From NCBI GenBank assembly GCA_052327205.1, contig CM126207.1:249674001-249738000 (forward strand): a DNA stretch of 64,000 nucleotides, read 5' to 3'. The position numbers and the translations under genes were made by a program. Below are positions 59,596 through 64,000 of this stretch, piece by piece (the stretch's first letter is position 1; every line of letters begins with the position of its first letter). The DNA is from Somniosus microcephalus (Eukaryota). A model generated the notes under the pieces. That model had not been told where the DNA came from. It ran no database searches and was given only the letters and a program-made list of their open reading frames with translations.

Positions 59596-60365
59596 CACAC
59601 CAATGATGAAATCAGAGTTTTCTAAGTGGGCAATCTTGGGCATGAACTTATATCTGATTGATTACCGGAACAGCGTATTGGGAGCATCAACACACTGTGA
59701 CAATGTTACAGAAGTTGGAAATTTAAACCTAAAGCCTTTTGATCAAACCGTGTTTAACATATCCAATTCTATTACGATCATGAAATAAATCATAAGCTAA
59801 AGAGTATTTGAGCATATTGCAGTTAACACTTCAGGGTTCAGATGACAGTTACAAACCACTTGTGCTTTGCAGCTCACATTGACAATTCATGTCATCATGT
59901 CAAAATATTACGCTTTCCTTCCAAACTTTCAAGGAATTAAGAATAATAGAGCTGTCAATAAATTCCTAATCTGTTAGTGCTTTTGCATATTGTAAACTTG
60001 GCAGATACACATTAATCTATGAAATCGCTTCTAAGTCACACCAGATTCTCTGAGTTGAGAGTAAAATATTTTTTTTTTTTAAAAGCACATGTGCAACCCA
60101 GTTACAAAATTAGATTTTTCACTTGCTTTGGTCATTGAGAAATTTTATATTTTAATTTGTGTTTTATTGTTCAAAATAAATTGGGTAATGTTTCTAATAA
60201 ACTAGAAGAACATTGGCAATTTATGGAATAAGCTTGGCCAATGATGAATGAGATAATTCTTCTAAACAGTTGTTTAGCTGGTGACTTAATTATGAAAGCT
60301 TTGTTCTCTTGTCCAATGATTGATTAATTTTAACAAATTTACCAGCTTATATTTTATCTACTATT

Positions 60366-61599
60366 GGCCCAAAATTTGCAGTCGGAAGCTTCCCGCAGGT
60401 GGATGCCTCTGACCAGCAAAATATCTACGAATTTACCTGGTGGTCCGGGAGGTATGGAGGCTTGCGATCCTGGGCCTCTCTGGGTCCGCGCGGGCAGAGG
60501 CCCACGTATCCCAGGGGCGTAGGCAGTTTGCAAGTGCCCCTGGGATCACGTGGGCCGGCCCAACCAATAAAAGAAGGGAATCTCCATTCATACTTATGGG
60601 AGTTCCGTACAAACGCAATCCCCATAAGTGTGAATGGGGATCACTTAAAAAATACACGAGCACATGAAATAAATTAATAAAAAACATTACATATTTTAAA
60701 TGAATTAAAATGCCATTTAATTAAATATTTTAAACAAAAATTTAATTTTTGGAATTTTTTAAAATATGTTTTAATGGGGCTAAAAATAAACTTGCCTCAT
60801 TGGACAGGGTTTTTAATGTATAAATGAGTGATAACATTTAAAAAAAAACTCTTATGCTGGTAAAAGCAGGCCAAGCGTAAGAATTTCATGAGCATTCAGC
60901 GGGCAGAAGTTGGGAAAATAGCGCAACTCTCCGCCCGCGGAGGCCCTTTTCCTGAGGATGTGGATCATGTGGAAATCTTGACAGATCGCAAGTTCCGGGT
61001 TTTCGCGCATACACGTGCATAAAAGCCCACGTATCCCAGGGGGTCACGCAGTTCGCAAGCGCCCCTGGGATCACGTGGGCCAGGCCAACCAATCAGAAAG
61101 GGGGATCCCCATTATACTTATGGGGGTTCCATTTACGTTCGGAATCCCCATTTGCGTGATAGGAATCCCCCAAAAAAACACAATTACTCTCCAGTTAAAA
61201 TAAAAATAAATCATTACATGTTCAAAATGAATTAAAATACAATTAAATTAAACAATTAAAACAAAAATTTCATTCTTTGAAAAATAAATGTAAACATTTT
61301 AAAGGGGCTAAAAATAACTTATAATTAATTTTGATGTTTCTTTTATGTTTAAATAATGTTTTAAAATTATTTTACTATTTATTTAAACTCTTATGCTGGT
61401 AGAAGAAGGCCCTACGCCTGCTTTTACCAGGCGTAAGAGTTTCACGGGCATTCGCTGGGCAGTAGTTGGGCAAAATTGCCCAACTCTCCGCCAGCGACTG
61501 CCCATTTCCCGGGGATGCTGTCAAGCTGAAACTTAACAGATCGCAAGTTCTGGGTTTTCAGGCAGGCGCAGCGGTCAAATGCCCCAGAAAATCTGGGCC
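60366..61599. mobile_element. PIF/Harbinger MITE with a tandemly doubled ~525-bp core
   Basis: ATT|GGCCCAAAATTT ... AAAATCTGGGCC|ACT; the core starting CCCACGTATCCCAGGGG occurs at 60501 and 61026. Confidence 0.85.
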
Positions 61600-62625
61600 A
61601 CTATCATATCCTTAGGAACACATGCTAACATTTTGTATGTCTTCATTACAATCCTGTGACAGATAGGATTAAAGTCTGGGCTCCAACTGAAAAAACAGGT
61701 TATCGCACATCACAGTTCTGATGCAGAACAGACATCTCATCTTGTTCAGCCGCGTGGCTCAGCTTCAGTAGTCAACTTGTACCCATAAAGGCTTGTTTTC
61801 TTCAGAGCACTGTCCAGGTACAGAAGTCATTTAGACATCCAAAGAAGTAATCCCCCCAAAAAAAACCTCTGAATCTGCTAAAATGAAAGGGATTTCCACC
61901 TGCCACATGGAGATCGCAATGGATCAATGATGTGTATTTAATGTTCCACCATGTATAACATTTTACATTCGCTATAAACAGTGTAAACGCAAATTTCTGA
62001 TGGAAACAAATTACATTTTCAAGTCAAACATTTTCAATCAAAATTGTTTTATGAGCAATCAATTGCATTTTAGATGATTCACATTCAGAGAAGTATTTTG
62101 TTCATCAGAAATACTCTCTCCATAAGGAAATGGGGAGCGGAGAAATTATACAGTTACAAACATCTTCCCTTACCTTCCTTAGACCTGAGAGATAATTGGC
62201 ATTAATAAATGTCTCTGCAGAGGAAACTGTAAAAGCAATTCTTTGAGCACTAGTTTAATTAATCTGCTGCCTATTTAAAAGTTACATTTGTTTGGAGTTT
62301 GGGATAATCATGATCAGAAAGTGCCAACGATTCAAATTTGTCCCACAATATTTCACCGCCAAATCTTACCTCAAAAAAGGTGTGGTGAACTTTGGAGTGA
62401 CTGCAAAGGAGGGCAAGAAAGAATTAGGCCAGTGAATTATAGGGGTCATCTTGGGAGATTTATTTGCAGATAGCAGAGTGTATGAGTCAAGTGTTTAAAA
62501 TTTGACGGGAGTGAGAGAGAACGTGGTAAGTGGATTGTACCGATCCAGCAGAGAGTCCAAGAAAGATAATTAAAATTTAAAACACAATCATTTAAGGAAG
62601 AAATTATTTGAGGTCGAAGTTAGTC

Positions 62626-62828
62626 TGGGCCCAGTGGACTCAATGCTGCAACAAAAGGCCAGAATATCGATAAAAATTGGTCCTCGGACCTCATCTGAAT
62701 AATTGGGGCAAGCTGCCACTGCTGGTCGCCCCTCCACAGGCAGCTAGCCCAACAGGAGAAGCCAAGTTCAGGCCGCCTGCCTCCCCAACACACGAAAAAT
62801 GGGCGCAACACTTGGCAATTTCTACCCC
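62626..62828. mobile_element. Partial Harbinger-type MITE (right end only)
   Basis: GC-rich segment ending AAAAATGGGCGC...CAATTTCTACCCC (TIR-like); left TIR not seen. Confidence 0.5.
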
Positions 62829-63434
62829 TTTTTGTTACAGACTTGCAGAATCAACTGCAGACAACGGGGGTAACATTCTGAGACAGTTCTCCCGATTTAT
62901 GCCATTTGTCCGAGGTTTCCAAGGCTCTTTTGCTGAAGTTAGGGAAGCTGATTCGAAAAGGAACTGAATATATTCCTGATTATGGAGAGAGTAATGGAGT
63001 ATGAATTTGGATCGAGTGAAATGGCAATAGGAATGCCTATTTGGAGTACGCAGTCAGAATGTAGTATTGCAGCATTAATGAATTAAATAGACCAAGTGGC
63101 CTTTTATTTTCCATCATCCAAAATATCAAGAAAAAATAATACGATGCATACAGCTTATTAAGGTTGTAAGTCTATACTTCAGATTTATGATTCAGGCAGC
63201 TATTTCAATTACCCATGATGCTAGTACTTAAAATACTATAAAGCATAACGCGGTCATCAGAGTAACGCATTATGATTTGTAATTTCTATTTGTATTCCAG
63301 CAAGAGCTGGAAATCTAGGGATAGCAGCAGCATGGGCCTCACTGATATTAGCAAATGAGTTGTCAAACATTTGCTTCTCTGCAATGTAAAGGGGTTTGAA
63401 ACATTATAATTCTAAGTACTAGAGTTATTAGTAT

Positions 63435-63734
63435 AGCACCTCCCAAGCCCATGACCTCCACCACCTAGAAGGATAAGGGCAGTAGATGCATGGGAACACC
63501 ATCACCTCCAAGTCACACACCATCCCAACTTGGACATATATTGTCATTCCTTCATCGTTGCTGGGTCAAATCCTGGAACTTGCTACTCAACAGCACTGTG
63601 GGAGTCCCTTCACCACACGGACTGCAGCGGTTCAAAGGCGGCGGCTCACCACCACCTTCTCAAGGGCAATTAGGGATGGGCAATAAATGCTGGCCTTGCC
63701 AGCGACGCCCACTTCCCATAAACGAGTAAAAAAA
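63435..63734 (+). mobile_element. 3' end of a common shark non-LTR retrotransposon (CR1/L2 group)
   Basis: CCACCTAGAAGGATAAGGGCAG...GGACTGCAGCGGTTCAA...CACCACCACCTTCTCAAGGGCAATTAGGGATGGGCAATAAATGCTGG and an A-rich end. Confidence 0.8.
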
Positions 63735-64000
63735 CTAGTAGGGAAAGTCACATATTGTTATCAGGTAGCTTATGAGCTCCCTTAATGCAAGTTTTATGGG
63801 TTTCATCAACTTCAGGATCTGATCGCCTGTATAAGGACACTAAAATTGAAGGGAATTCAGGCTTATTCATTTATGAAACATAGAGTCAACATTTTAGTAT
63901 CTTTACTCTTTCTAGACTTACTGTTGTTTGTACTTTTATCTGTTTTTCATTGCTGTTCTCATACTGTCAGATAACTTGACTAATACAATTCACTACAACC

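Overview
Eukaryotic, largely non-coding DNA from a cartilaginous fish (shark/ray). The assignment rests on an HE1-type V-SINE, HER1/CR1 and L2 LINE pieces, Penelope elements and many PIF/Harbinger derivatives typical of elasmobranch genomes. No host protein-coding gene, tRNA, rRNA or CRISPR array is supported. The ORFs I could assign are minisatellite read-through, GC-rich MITE noise, or decayed transposon genes (HARBI1-like transposase, Myb/SANT partner, CR1/L2/Penelope RT, CR1 ORF1 esterase); the rest show no recognisable domain. The window alternates between transposon nests and long, AT-rich, almost repeat-free tracts (~5.9-15.3 kb, 22.1-26.0 kb, 40.4-45.5 kb) that look like a large intron or gene desert with conserved non-coding elements. 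Most notable: (1) a 29-bp minisatellite born inside a Tc1/pogo-type MITE whose unexpanded relative is in the same window; (2) a CpG-rich Harbinger MITE family carrying a perfect CRE palindrome and non-canonical AWT-like TSDs; (3) a ~210-bp inverted duplication around ~1.4 kb of unique DNA, split by nested insertions; (4) Penelope pLTR hairpins with decayed hammerhead ribozymes; (5) a templated ~98-bp inverted insertion; (6) a duplicated ~65-bp module in putative enhancer DNA. I found no convincing novel protein-coding system. All family names come from recognition of motifs, not from database searches.
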